From assembly GCA_937893795.1 (NCBI GenBank), contig CALCTH010000409.1:1-61330 (forward strand): a DNA stretch of 61,330 bases, read 5' to 3'. Made by a program: the position numbers and the translations under genes. The DNA is from an uncultured Myxococcales bacterium (lineage in GTDB: Bacteria > Myxococcota_A > Polyangia > Polyangiales > Houyiibacteriaceae). The notes under the pieces are model-generated. The model was given only the letters and a program-made list of their open reading frames with translations. It had not been told where the DNA came from and did not search any database. This document shows, in pieces, positions 34,803 through 43,458 of the stretch; position 1 is the stretch's first letter; each line of letters starts with the position of its first letter.

Positions 34803-36075
34803 GGAAGGCCCGGAGCGGGACGGCGCCGGGGAACTCCACGGCCGAGTTCACGCCCGCCGCCTCGAGCACTCCGGCGACCAGGTTGGCGGTCTGGATGCGC
34901 GCGCCGCCCGCATCCTCTTCGCCCGTCGCCAGGTCGACGCGGACGCTCTTGAAGTCGCTCGTCGTGCGCCCGATGGTGCGGCCGCCGCGCACCCCCGAGC
35001 CGATCACCATCGCGCTCGCCACGGGCCAGTGGTCCTTCCCGCCGCTCGGGTTCAGGAGCGGCGTGCGGCCCATCTCGCTCACGACGAGCACCATCGTCTC
35101 GTCGCCGAGGCCGGCGTCCCGCAGGCCGGTCATCAAGCCGTTCAGAGAGGCGAAGAGAAGCTCGTGAAGGTTGTTCTGCTGCGCGTTGTTCTCGTGGGTG
35201 TCGAAGTTCCCGATCTCGACCATCACGGCCTGCGAGAAGTCCCGCCGGAGTGCCTCGATGCCGACGGCCAGCTGCGCCGCCGGGTCCGCCACCAGCGCCC
35301 GTTCGCCAAAGCCCGCCTCGCCGATGAACTGCCGGAGCTGGTCCGCCCGGCCTCGCGCCGCCACGAGCTCCTCGGCTCGCCGCGCCGCCGTCCGCCGGGC
35401 CGCCGCCGCGCGAAAGCGCGTCTCGCCGGAAGCCCGAAAGCTCTCGAGGAGCGTCGCCTCGCCCGCCGTGGGCACCACCAGCGGCGCGCCCATCAGGTCC
35501 GGGTAGGCCTGTGCCGGATCCGCCAGCGCCAGCAGCTGGTTGGTGAGCCCCACGCGGCCCGTGAGCGACTCGAGCTCGCCGGCGCGCGCCGTGCTGCCGA
35601 GCACCAGGTAGGGGATGGGCCGGTCCGCGCCGAGGCAGGCCGCCGTCATCGCGCCGACGTCCGGCGCGTCGTCCCGCGGGGTGCCCGTCAGCACACGCTT
35701 CTCGCAGTCGCGGTGCACGAAGCTGCGGACCTCGATGCCGTGCACGACCGCCGTCTGGTCGGCCCAACGCTCGAAGAAACGGCCCACGCTGGGGCGGCTC
35801 GGCGCCGTATGCACCTCGAGGTCGGCGAAGCGACGGACCACGCCCGGGGCGCCGTCGATGGTCGCCACGGCGGGCTTCGGGTCGATGCTGTAGGTCGTGT
35901 CCCAGCCGCCGCGCGCGTAGACGAGCACGAGGCGCTTCGGCGCGCGCTCCGACCCGCCGACGTCGGCCGAGACGGCACTCGCGCCCAGCCGTCCGAGGGC
36001 CGTGGCGCCAAGGGCCGCCGCACCGCCCTGGAGCAGCGCGCGGCGAGAAAGTGAGGGGCTCTTCCGATGCGTCAT
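34795..36075 (-). CDS. DUF1501 (sulfatase/phosphatase-fold) protein with a Tat signal
   Basis: 'SRRALLQGGAAALGATALG' is a Tat signal. 'LVLVYARGGWD', 'IGNFDTHENNAQQ' and 'GGKDHWPVASAMVIGSGVRGGRTIG' are DUF1501 hallmarks. Confidence 0.8.
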   Translation of the reverse strand: MTHRKSPSLSRRALLQGGAAALGATALGRLGASAVSADVGGSERAPKRLVLVYARGGWDTTYSIDPKPAVATIDGAPGVVRRFADLEVHTAPSRPSVGRFFERWADQTAVVHGIEVRSFVHRDCEKRVLTGTPRDDAPDVGAMTAACLGADRPIPYLVLGSTARAGELESLTGRVGLTNQLLALADPAQAYPDLMGAPLVVPTAGEATLLESFRASGETRFRAAAARRTAARRAEELVAARGRADQLRQFIGEAGFGERALVADPAAQLAVGIEALRRDFSQAVMVEIGNFDTHENNAQQNNLHELLFASLNGLMTGLRDAGLGDETMVLVVSEMGRTPLLNPSGGKDHWPVASAMVIGSGVRGGRTIGRTTSDFKSVRVDLATGEEDAGGARIQTANLVAGVLEAAGVNSAVEFPGAVPLRAFHG

Positions 36076-36085
36076 GGCTGCGTCC

Positions 36086-37768
36086 TCAGTAGGTGGCGAA
36101 GCGAAGGTCTTCGAGGAGGGCGGCGAGGGTGAGCCCCCACGCCCGCCGCGGGTCGCTGGACGCCCCGCGGAGGCCCGCGAAGAGCGTGGCCGCGGCGTCG
36201 ATGGCCGGATCGTCCGGCGCGTGGCGCACGCCGTAGAGCCGCCGGTGAAGGACCACCAGCACGTCGCGTACCGTGGCGTCGTCGGCGGTGCTCAGGTCCG
36301 CGTCGGGGAAGAGCTGGCGCCGCTCTCCCGGCGCAGCGAAGTCGCCCATGACCACGTGGAACGCGGCGCGGCGAGCGAGCGTCTCCCGGACCAAGCTGCT
36401 CGTGGCCGTCGCGCTCCGGGCGGGCTGGGTCACGGCGAAGCCGTCGGTGCCGCCGGCGAGGACCTCGTAGCCGAGCACGGAGTCATCCATCAGGTCGATC
36501 ACGCCGAGCGTCGGCCGCGCGTTGCCGAAGAGCGCGTCGACGTCGAGCAGCATCTGGTAGCCGGTCAGGTCTTCCACGGCGCGCGCGAGCTGCCGCGGGC
36601 GCGCCAGATGCAGCCCTTCGCTCCAGCCATCGACCTCGGCGTCCGCGCCTGCCAGGCGGAAGGCCGGCGAGAGCACCACCGCGCGAGCGAGGGCGCGCGC
36701 GTTCAGGTCGGCCGCCACGAAAACGTCGTGGAGCTGCTCGACCAGCGCCCGAGGGACGTCGTCCCGACGCACGCGAAGGAGGTACGCGGCGAAGTGCCGT
36801 GAGGCGCAGAGCGCGAAGCGCGGGTCGGTGGCGATCTCCTGGCCGAGCTCGGCGATGGAGGACGCCGGGCGGCCGAAGTAGGCGGGCTCCGCCGTGCGGC
36901 GCGGCGCGGCGTTCTCCGGGTCGAAGAGCGCGAAGGCCGTCGGATAGCTGAAGGTCGCGACGGCCGGTGCGCCCGAGCCGTAGGGCGCGAAGAACGCCGC
37001 CAGCGGGTCCAGGGACTGGTGGCAGTTCTGGCAGCTCTCCTGCTCCGCGATGGCGTTCTCGACGGCCGCGTCGTCACCGAGGTCCACGTCCGTGTCGATC
37101 TCCACGCTGCGGTCGAGGAAGTCGAAGCAGAGGAGTGCCCGGCTGACCATGTTCGCCCGGCCCCGGTTCCGGTTGAAGAACGTCGAGTCGTGGCGGTTGA
37201 AGAGCGAGTTGTCGCTCAGGATGCCGGCCACGTCGCGCCCGTCCGCCGGCCGCACCGCCTGCCACCCGCCGCGCGCCTCGTCGTAGGGCAGGCCCCACAC
37301 CGTCGCGACGGTACGGTCCGCGAAGACGTAGTCGGCCGTGACGATCTCCCCGTAGCCGAGGTCCCGGTCGATGACGTCGACGATGAGCTCGAGGGGGCTG
37401 TCCGTGAGCGAGCGATTCAGGTCGAACTGGAGCACGTCGGCGAGCGGGCCGAGGGGCCGGAAGCCGAAGATCGGGCTGAAGCCGTCGAGGTTCATGCCGA
37501 AGACGTCGCCGTGCAGGTCGCGCATCGTATCGAGGAAGCGCGGGTCGTAGAGATAGCTCTCCACGAGCTCCACGTAGCGGCTCGGGTCGGCTTCGATGGC
37601 GTCGAGCTCGTCCAGCGTGGGCCGGGTGCCACGGAGCGCCATCGAGGCCCGGGTCAGGAGCGCGGCGGGGCCGAGCTCGTCGCGCAGCTCGCTCGGCGCG
37701 GGCTCGGCGGGCGTCGCGGCGTCGCCGCAGCCGAGCAGCGCCAGGACCACGAGGGTGGTTCGTCTCAC
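36086..37768 (-). CDS. DUF1592/DUF1588/DUF1585-like lipoprotein with one CxxCH motif
   Basis: The start is set at in-frame GTG 37768, giving 'VRRTTLVVLALLGCGDAATP' with a lipobox. 'AGILSDNSLFNRHDS...RGRANMVSRALLCFDFL' and 'CQNCHQSLDPLAAFFAPYG' parallel the protein at 28696. The upstream part of ORF 36086..38182 belongs to the next gene's region. Confidence 0.65.
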   Translation of the reverse strand: MRRTTLVVLALLGCGDAATPAEPAPSELRDELGPAALLTRASMALRGTRPTLDELDAIEADPSRYVELVESYLYDPRFLDTMRDLHGDVFGMNLDGFSPIFGFRPLGPLADVLQFDLNRSLTDSPLELIVDVIDRDLGYGEIVTADYVFADRTVATVWGLPYDEARGGWQAVRPADGRDVAGILSDNSLFNRHDSTFFNRNRGRANMVSRALLCFDFLDRSVEIDTDVDLGDDAAVENAIAEQESCQNCHQSLDPLAAFFAPYGSGAPAVATFSYPTAFALFDPENAAPRRTAEPAYFGRPASSIAELGQEIATDPRFALCASRHFAAYLLRVRRDDVPRALVEQLHDVFVAADLNARALARAVVLSPAFRLAGADAEVDGWSEGLHLARPRQLARAVEDLTGYQMLLDVDALFGNARPTLGVIDLMDDSVLGYEVLAGGTDGFAVTQPARSATATSSLVRETLARRAAFHVVMGDFAAPGERRQLFPDADLSTADDATVRDVLVVLHRRLYGVRHAPDDPAIDAAATLFAGLRGASSDPRRAWGLTLAALLEDLRFATY

Positions 37769-38358
37769 GGCGTCTCCCCTTCCGTCGGCGGCTCGCCGAA
37801 GCAGAGCGCATAGGTGTCGCTCATCAGGTCCAGGCACGCCTGCGCCCGGGTGAAGATGCAGACGTTCGCGGCGTCCTCTTCCGCGGCGCAGCTGGGGTCC
37901 GGGCAATCGCCCCTCGCGCAGTCCACCTGGCAGCAGCGCTGGGCGACGTAGGCGTCCTCGCAGCCCCGGGTCTGCGCGCAGCCCACGAGCATTCGGAAGG
38001 CGCAGCCGATGCAGTCGCCGAAGTAGATCGTGGGCGGCGAGGCGTCCGCGCCGAGGCAGCCGAAGACGCACTCGATGTTCGTAGGCGTGAGCGGGCCGCA
38101 GGCGTCGACGCAGGCCCGGGTGTCCGCCGTGCAATAGGGCGCGCCATCGACCTCCGGGGGCGGCACAGGGCTGAAGCCGCACTGGGCCTCGCGTCCCGGG
38201 TCGGTGGTCACCGGCGGCTCCATTCCGTCACCCATGGGCGCGAAGGGAGGCAGGCTTCCCGGGAAACCGGCGTCCATGGCGACCATGGGCTCCGCGGCGT
38301 CACCGCACGCGGCGGCCACCAGGGTGAGGGCGAGCGGGAGCCCGCGTCGAAGATCCAT
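37765..38358 (-). CDS. Cysteine-rich lipoprotein (about 22 Cys in about 180 mature residues)
   Basis: ATG 38358 gives 'MDLRRGLPLALTLVAAACGDAAEP'. The stop overlaps the downstream GTG (GTGA at 37765-37768). Dense CxxxC/CxC patterning ('CVDACGP', 'CVFGC', 'CIGCAF', 'CCQVDCARGDCPDPSC'). Confidence 0.6.
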   Translation of the reverse strand: MDLRRGLPLALTLVAAACGDAAEPMVAMDAGFPGSLPPFAPMGDGMEPPVTTDPGREAQCGFSPVPPPEVDGAPYCTADTRACVDACGPLTPTNIECVFGCLGADASPPTIYFGDCIGCAFRMLVGCAQTRGCEDAYVAQRCCQVDCARGDCPDPSCAAEEDAANVCIFTRAQACLDLMSDTYALCFGEPPTEGETP

Positions 38359-38513
38359 CGTCTTTCTCCCCGAGCCCGAACGGGCTCCGGGAAGTGTACG
38401 CGCGGAGGGGCGCCTTTCTCCCTCCGGGCGCTCGAGCATCGTCGTCGCGGGGGCCACGACACCTTCATCGACGGTGGATCGGAAGAGTTCCTGAAGCCGT
38501 CGAGGGCCCGCGC

Positions 38514-40073
38514 TCAGCGCTGCGGCGCGACGGTGAGGCTCGTGGGCGTTCGCCCGCGCTCGCGCGCGACCTGGACGATGGCGTCGGCCTCTCGCCACCA
38601 GTCCTCGGCCTCTTCGCGGCTCCAGGGCGCGACGGGAAGCGCGCGGAGCGCGGCGGCGAGCGCACCGGCGTCCGGGTGCCGGTCGTCCGGATCCTTGGCG
38701 AGGCATCGGAGCACCAGCGCCTCGAGCTCCGGGCTCACCTGGGGTGACGTCTCGGAGAGCGGTGTCGGCGCGCTGTGCAGGTGGTGGCCGAAGACCTCGA
38801 CGGTCGAGCCTCGGAACACGGGCTCACCCGTCAGCAGGAAGTGCGCGACGGCGCCGAGGGCGTAGAGGTCCGCGCGCGCATCCACCTCCTCGGGCCGCGC
38901 CAGTGCCTCCGGCGCCATGTAGAGCGGCGTACCCTGCACCGTGTCTGCCTGGCTCAGACCAACGTCGCCGCCCTGCACGTCCTTCACGAGCCCGAAGTCG
39001 AGCACCTTCACGACGTCGGGGACGCCGCCGCGGCGGCAGAGCACGAGGTTGTCGGGCTTCACGTCACGCTGCACGAGGCCGCGCCCGTGCGCCTCGGCGA
39101 GCGCGTCGGCCGCCTGCGTCAGCAGGTGCACCGTGCGGCTCTCCGGGAGCGGGCCGAGCTCCTCGACCAGCGCCTGAAGGGTGAGCCCTTCGAGGTACTC
39201 CATCACGTAGAAGAAGACGCCCTCGCGCGTCCGTCCGAAGTCGAAGATGGCGACGGTGTTCGGATGCGTGAGCCGCGTGGTCTCCTGCACCTCGCGCTCG
39301 AAGCGGGCGATGGCGCGGTCGCCGGCCTTCGCCCGCGGCAGCAGCTTCAGCGCCGCCGGTCGCCGGAGCATGCGGTGCCGCGCCTTGTAGACGACGCCCA
39401 TGCCGCCCTCGCCGATCTTCTCTTCGAGCGTGTATTGCCCGAGCTCCTGGGCCGCCCGCACCTTCGCCTCGAGGCCGTAGACCACGTGGCTGATCACAGC
39501 GGCCACGAAGGCCGTCCCGACGGTGGTGAATACGCCCATGGCGGCCGGGAAGTCGGCGCCGTCGTTGCGGAACTCCTGGCCCGCGTAGGCCGGCGGGACC
39601 TCGACGACGATGCCCTCCCAGCCGCGCACGGCGAAGAAGGTCGCCGCGCTCCCGGCGCCGAGCGCCACGAGCGCGCTCAGCCACGGCGGGCTCGGGAGGA
39701 GCCCCGCACGAAGCAACACGACGAAGGTCACGAAGACGGGGATGAAGAGCGACAGGGCGCCGCCGACCCCTTCGATGGGCGGATAGACCGGCAGCACGGC
39801 GAGCACGCCCGTCGCCACGGCCACGCTTCCCAGCTCGACGGCCCGGCTCAGCCAGCGCGGGTGCGACCCCCGGCGCATCAGGAGCCAGCCACCGGCGTTG
39901 ACGCCGAGGGCCACGAGGGAGGCCACCCGCGTGCTCGAGAAGAGGGGCTCGCCGGGCGCCGGCACGGACCAATCCGCCGCGAGCGCGAGCGCGAAGAAGA
40001 GCGCCGTGAAGCCCGCAAACGTCCGGACCCGGCTCTGCAGGTACGCGCGCGGATCTTCGAAGACCTCGGCCAT
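38514..40073 (-). CDS. Ser/Thr protein kinase with an N-terminal polytopic membrane domain
   Basis: About 6 hydrophobic helices in the first ~210 aa. Hanks motifs follow: 'IGEGGMGVVYKA', 'AALKLL', 'VQRDVKPDNLVL', 'DFGLVK' and 'GTPLYMAPE'. Confidence 0.85.
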   Translation of the reverse strand: MAEVFEDPRAYLQSRVRTFAGFTALFFALALAADWSVPAPGEPLFSSTRVASLVALGVNAGGWLLMRRGSHPRWLSRAVELGSVAVATGVLAVLPVYPPIEGVGGALSLFIPVFVTFVVLLRAGLLPSPPWLSALVALGAGSAATFFAVRGWEGIVVEVPPAYAGQEFRNDGADFPAAMGVFTTVGTAFVAAVISHVVYGLEAKVRAAQELGQYTLEEKIGEGGMGVVYKARHRMLRRPAALKLLPRAKAGDRAIARFEREVQETTRLTHPNTVAIFDFGRTREGVFFYVMEYLEGLTLQALVEELGPLPESRTVHLLTQAADALAEAHGRGLVQRDVKPDNLVLCRRGGVPDVVKVLDFGLVKDVQGGDVGLSQADTVQGTPLYMAPEALARPEEVDARADLYALGAVAHFLLTGEPVFRGSTVEVFGHHLHSAPTPLSETSPQVSPELEALVLRCLAKDPDDRHPDAGALAAALRALPVAPWSREEAEDWWREADAIVQVARERGRTPTSLTVAPQR

Positions 40074-40206
40074 CCCCGTCCTTGTACACGCCTATCCCCG
40101 GGCGCGGGGCGCGGTCCGCGCGTCGCGTCCCGTGCTAGTGGACCCACGGGGCCGAGAAGCGAACGCGCCGGGCCGCCCGAGCGAGACGCGGCCGCGCCGA
40201 GGACGC

Positions 40207-41253
40207 ATGAAGGACGTCACGACCACTACCGAGCCCGAGGGTTGGCTCTTGAGCCCGGTGGCCATCCACCTCGTGTCGTGGGCGAAGAAGCAGGGCGTCG
40301 ACGTGGCCGGCGCGCTCCGGGACGTCGGGCTGTCGTTCGACGATTTCGCGGGTCAACCCCGGCGCGTCAGCATCGCGTCCATGGAGCGCCTTCTGGCGGC
40401 GCTCGGTCGCCGGATGCCGGACGACGTCTTCGCCTTGCGCTCCGGGGCAGCCACGCCCCACGCCCTCATCCCTTTGCTCGGGCCGCTGATGACGGCTTCC
40501 TCGAGCCTGGAGGAGGCCTTCGACGCGCTCGGTCGCTACTACGCGGTCGCCTCGGACACCTTTCACGTGGACGTGAAGCGGACGGGCGCGTCGCTCCGGG
40601 TCGTTAGCACCTGGCGGCTACGCACGGACGCGGTGAGGCGCTACGCGGCGGAGTCCACGGCGGCGCACTGGGTGGCCTTCGCCGCGGCGATCTGCGTCGA
40701 GGCGCCCCGCCTCGTGGAGGTTCGCTTCCCCTTCGCCGCACCCTCCGCCTCCGCCCAGCGAGCCCACCGCGACTTCTTCGGCGTGCAGCCCTCCTACGGG
40801 CCCGGCCGGGTGCTCGACCTCGGCTGGGCGCTCGGTACCGACACGCGGCTGAGCACGCAGGACGCGACGCTGGTCGGCCTCCTTCGCGAGCCCCTCGAGC
40901 GCGAACGGTCCGGAACCGGCCTCGGCGCTCGCGTGCGCCGCATGCTCATGGCGGCACCTCAACCGGCCACGCTCGGCGCCGAGGCGCTGGCGGCGGAACT
41001 CGGCGTGTCGGTCCGCACCCTGTCCCGGCAGCTGGCCTCGGAAGGAACGAGCTTCGGCGCCCTGGCCCGAGAGGTGCTCGAGCGTCGGGCCAAGGCGCAG
41101 CTTTCCGTCGCCGGGCGCAAGGTGAGCGAGGTCGCGCTCGAGCTGGGCTACGCGAGCCGGAGCTCCTTCGACCGAGCCTTCCTTCGGTGGACGGGACGGA
41201 CGCCGGTGCGCTGGCGCCGGGAAACGCACCCGGTCGGCGATGGCCGCGATTGA
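40207..41253 (+). CDS. AraC family transcriptional regulator
   Basis: In-frame ATG 40207. The C-terminal 'VSEVALELGYASRSSFDRAFLRWTGRTPVRWR' is the AraC HTH signature. Confidence 0.85.
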   Translation: MKDVTTTTEPEGWLLSPVAIHLVSWAKKQGVDVAGALRDVGLSFDDFAGQPRRVSIASMERLLAALGRRMPDDVFALRSGAATPHALIPLLGPLMTASSSLEEAFDALGRYYAVASDTFHVDVKRTGASLRVVSTWRLRTDAVRRYAAESTAAHWVAFAAAICVEAPRLVEVRFPFAAPSASAQRAHRDFFGVQPSYGPGRVLDLGWALGTDTRLSTQDATLVGLLREPLERERSGTGLGARVRRMLMAAPQPATLGAEALAAELGVSVRTLSRQLASEGTSFGALAREVLERRAKAQLSVAGRKVSEVALELGYASRSSFDRAFLRWTGRTPVRWRRETHPVGDGRD

Positions 41254-41311
41254 TGTCGCCTTGGCCGAACGTGACGTCTCGGCGGGTGCCGGGAACGGGT
41301 AGACCCCCAGC

Positions 41312-41989
41312 ATGCAAGCATTGCGGGGCGCATACGCCGGGCTGCTCGTCTCGGCGGCGTTGATCTTGGGGGGCTGCGACCGAGGCTCCGAAGCGGAGGC
41401 CGCGCCGACGGCCGGGCCGCCCCCGAGCTGGTTGAGCCCCACCGTGGCGGTGGTGTTCTTCGACGAGGGAAGCGGACGCGAGGTCCCGGGGAGCTGGGCG
41501 GGCGTCGATGCCGCGCTGCGCGCTCAGCCGGGCTTCCAGCGGAACCTGCTCTTCGGCGCGCAGCAATCCGAGCATCCCTACGTGAGCTTCGTCGTGTGGG
41601 ACGACGCGGAGGCGCTCGCCTCCGCGCTCGCGGCGCCGACGGTGCGCGAGAAGCTGGTCGCCGACGTCGCCGCAGGCACCTACGAACGGGCCGAGCACCG
41701 CGGCGACGTCAGCGAAGCGGGAGCCGCCGTCACCATCGTGCCCATCACGGGATCCGTCGGCGACATGGAAGAGAAGTTCCGGCAGGCGAGCGCGTGGTTC
41801 GCTCGGCGCGAGGGCTTCCTCGGGGCCTTGCTCTTGCGGCGCGTCGCCGGCGCGACGGCGCCCTACGTGCTCGTGGCGCGTTGGAGCTCCGCCGACGCCT
41901 TCGCAGGCGTGACCGCGGACCGTGACTTCCCGCTGCACACCAGCGGCGTCGAGGGCATTCTCGGTACCTACGTGCCCGTCACGCCTTAG
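41312..41989 (+). CDS. Lipoprotein with two ABM (antibiotic biosynthesis monooxygenase-like) ferredoxin-fold domains
   Basis: Lipobox 'LILGGCDRG'. 'YVSFVVWDDAEALASA' and 'YVLVARWSSADAFAGV' are the typical ABM '...W.s.ea...' segments. Confidence 0.5.
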   Translation: MQALRGAYAGLLVSAALILGGCDRGSEAEAAPTAGPPPSWLSPTVAVVFFDEGSGREVPGSWAGVDAALRAQPGFQRNLLFGAQQSEHPYVSFVVWDDAEALASALAAPTVREKLVADVAAGTYERAEHRGDVSEAGAAVTIVPITGSVGDMEEKFRQASAWFARREGFLGALLLRRVAGATAPYVLVARWSSADAFAGVTADRDFPLHTSGVEGILGTYVPVTP

Positions 41990-42061
41990 CCGGCCCTCCC
42001 GCGCCGCCCCTGCCCGCGCCAGCGCCCGTGTCGCGGGGCTCGATCGCTTCGTGAGCGTCGC

Positions 42062-42697
42062 TCAGCCGCCGCGGTAGAGCCCCTCCGCGTAGGCCGGGCC
42101 GTAGTGCGCCTCGAGCTGCCGCAGGCTCGCCTCGGGCGCTTCGATGGCTTTCACGATCTCGGCCCGGCTGGGCATCACCCCCGGCGTCCAGGCGTCGTGC
42201 TCCCACAGGCCGCTCCGCATCCACGCCTTGGCGCAATGGTAGAAGAGCGTCTCGATCTCGACCTCGAGCGCGAGCCTCGGCCGGTGCCCCTTCACCACGA
42301 GGGCGTCGAAGTAGTCGCCGTCCCGCACGATGCGCGCCGTGCCGTGGATGCGGAGCGTGTCGCTGCGCCCGGGAATGACGAAGAGCAGGCCCACGTGTGG
42401 GTTTTCGAGCACGTGGTGGAATCCGTCGGCGCGCTTGTTCCCCGGCCGGTCCGGGATCGCGAGGTGCGTGTCGTCGATGACGTGCACGAAGCCCGCGGGG
42501 TCGCCCTTCGGCGACACGGCGCAGCGCCCCTGCGCGTCGGAGGTCGCGACGAGGCAGAAGGGAGCGTGCGCGAGCCAGCGCCGGTCCATCGCGTGCAGGG
42601 CGTGGCGGTCCTTGTTGGCGGCGCGCTCGCTCGGCGCACCGAGGATGGCGCGGAGCTCGGCGGCGTCCGTGACGACGTGGTCCGAAGGCATGCCCAA
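42062..42697 (-). CDS. Pyridoxamine 5'-phosphate oxidase-family FMN-binding flavoprotein
   Basis: 'APFCLVATSDAQGRCAVSPKGDPAGFVHVID...LAIPDRPGNKRADGFHHVLENPHVGLLFVIPG..DTLRIHG' matches the PPOX-type split-barrel family. Confidence 0.75.
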   Translation of the reverse strand: MGMPSDHVVTDAAELRAILGAPSERAANKDRHALHAMDRRWLAHAPFCLVATSDAQGRCAVSPKGDPAGFVHVIDDTHLAIPDRPGNKRADGFHHVLENPHVGLLFVIPGRSDTLRIHGTARIVRDGDYFDALVVKGHRPRLALEVEIETLFYHCAKAWMRSGLWEHDAWTPGVMPSRAEIVKAIEAPEASLRQLEAHYGPAYAEGLYRGG

Positions 42698-42742
42698 GCC
42701 CTAGCAGACGCGGCCCCGGACCACCCCTGGCAGTGCGCATCA

Positions 42743-42762
42743 ATATTCGATATACAGAATAT
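42743..42762. promoter_or_regulatory. AT-rich 6-8-6 inverted repeat (ATATTC-N8-GAATAT) abutting the ArsR start codon, candidate operator
   Basis: Read directly. It is the only strongly AT-rich stretch in the 65-bp divergent region between the PPOX-like gene and the ArsR gene. Confidence 0.4.
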
Positions 42763-43458
42763 ATGGAGCTGGACGAGCTTTCTCGGTTGCTGCGGGCGCT
42801 TGGCGATCCCACGCGGCTGCGCATCCTTCACCTCCTCTGGCGCCGGCAGGAGGTGCCCTGGCCAGCCGGCGCGATCGTGGATGCGCTCGAGCTACCCCAA
42901 CCGACGGTGAGTCGGCACCTCGGCCTACTTCACGAGGCAGGCCTGGTTGAGCGCGCGGCGCAGGGCACGCATCGGCTCTACGCGCTGGCGGCGACCCAGC
43001 CGCCGGCGCACGCGGCGCTGCTCGCGGCGCTCGAGGCCTTCGTCGCGGCGTCCCCGGAGGCGCGGGAGGACGTCGCGCGGTTGACCCCGCGCAAGAAACA
43101 TGAAACTAGTAAGTTGGATATGCGGCCGGAGAGGGACGAAGCACGTACGACGCACGCCTTTCGGGCGTTGGCGCACCCGCTCCGCCGGCGCGTGCTCGAC
43201 GCCGTCGCCGCGCGGCCGGGGGTGAGCGTTGCCGAGGTCGCGTCCGGCTTCGCCGAGAGCCGGGTCGCGGTCAGCAAGCACCTGGCGGTGCTCGAGCGTG
43301 CCGGGCTCGTGCACTCCCGGCGCCGCGGCCGGGAGCGCCGGCTCTACGCGGATCCGATGCCGCTCCAGCTCGCCTACGACCGCTGGACGAATCGCTTCAC
43401 CGCGGCGCTGGGCACGATGATGGCCGACGTGAAGCACGCGGCCGAAGGGAGAGCGTGA
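42763..43458 (+). CDS. Tandem (double) ArsR/SmtB-family winged-helix regulator
   Basis: ATG 42763 is preferred over GTG 42733 because the codons between them are AT-rich and atypical. Domain 1: 'LLRALGDPTRLRILHLL...LPQPTVSRHLGLLHEAGLV'. Domain 2: 'AFRALAHPLRRRVLDAV...ESRVAVSKHLAVLERAGLV'. Confidence 0.75.
   Translation: MELDELSRLLRALGDPTRLRILHLLWRRQEVPWPAGAIVDALELPQPTVSRHLGLLHEAGLVERAAQGTHRLYALAATQPPAHAALLAALEAFVAASPEAREDVARLTPRKKHETSKLDMRPERDEARTTHAFRALAHPLRRRVLDAVAARPGVSVAEVASGFAESRVAVSKHLAVLERAGLVHSRRRGRERRLYADPMPLQLAYDRWTNRFTAALGTMMADVKHAAEGRA

Noticed and set aside
42729-42745. TGGCAG-N5-ATCA upstream of the ArsR gene, considered as a sigma-54 promoter
   Set aside because: The -12 element (ATCA) does not match TTGC, so only the GG dinucleotide fits.
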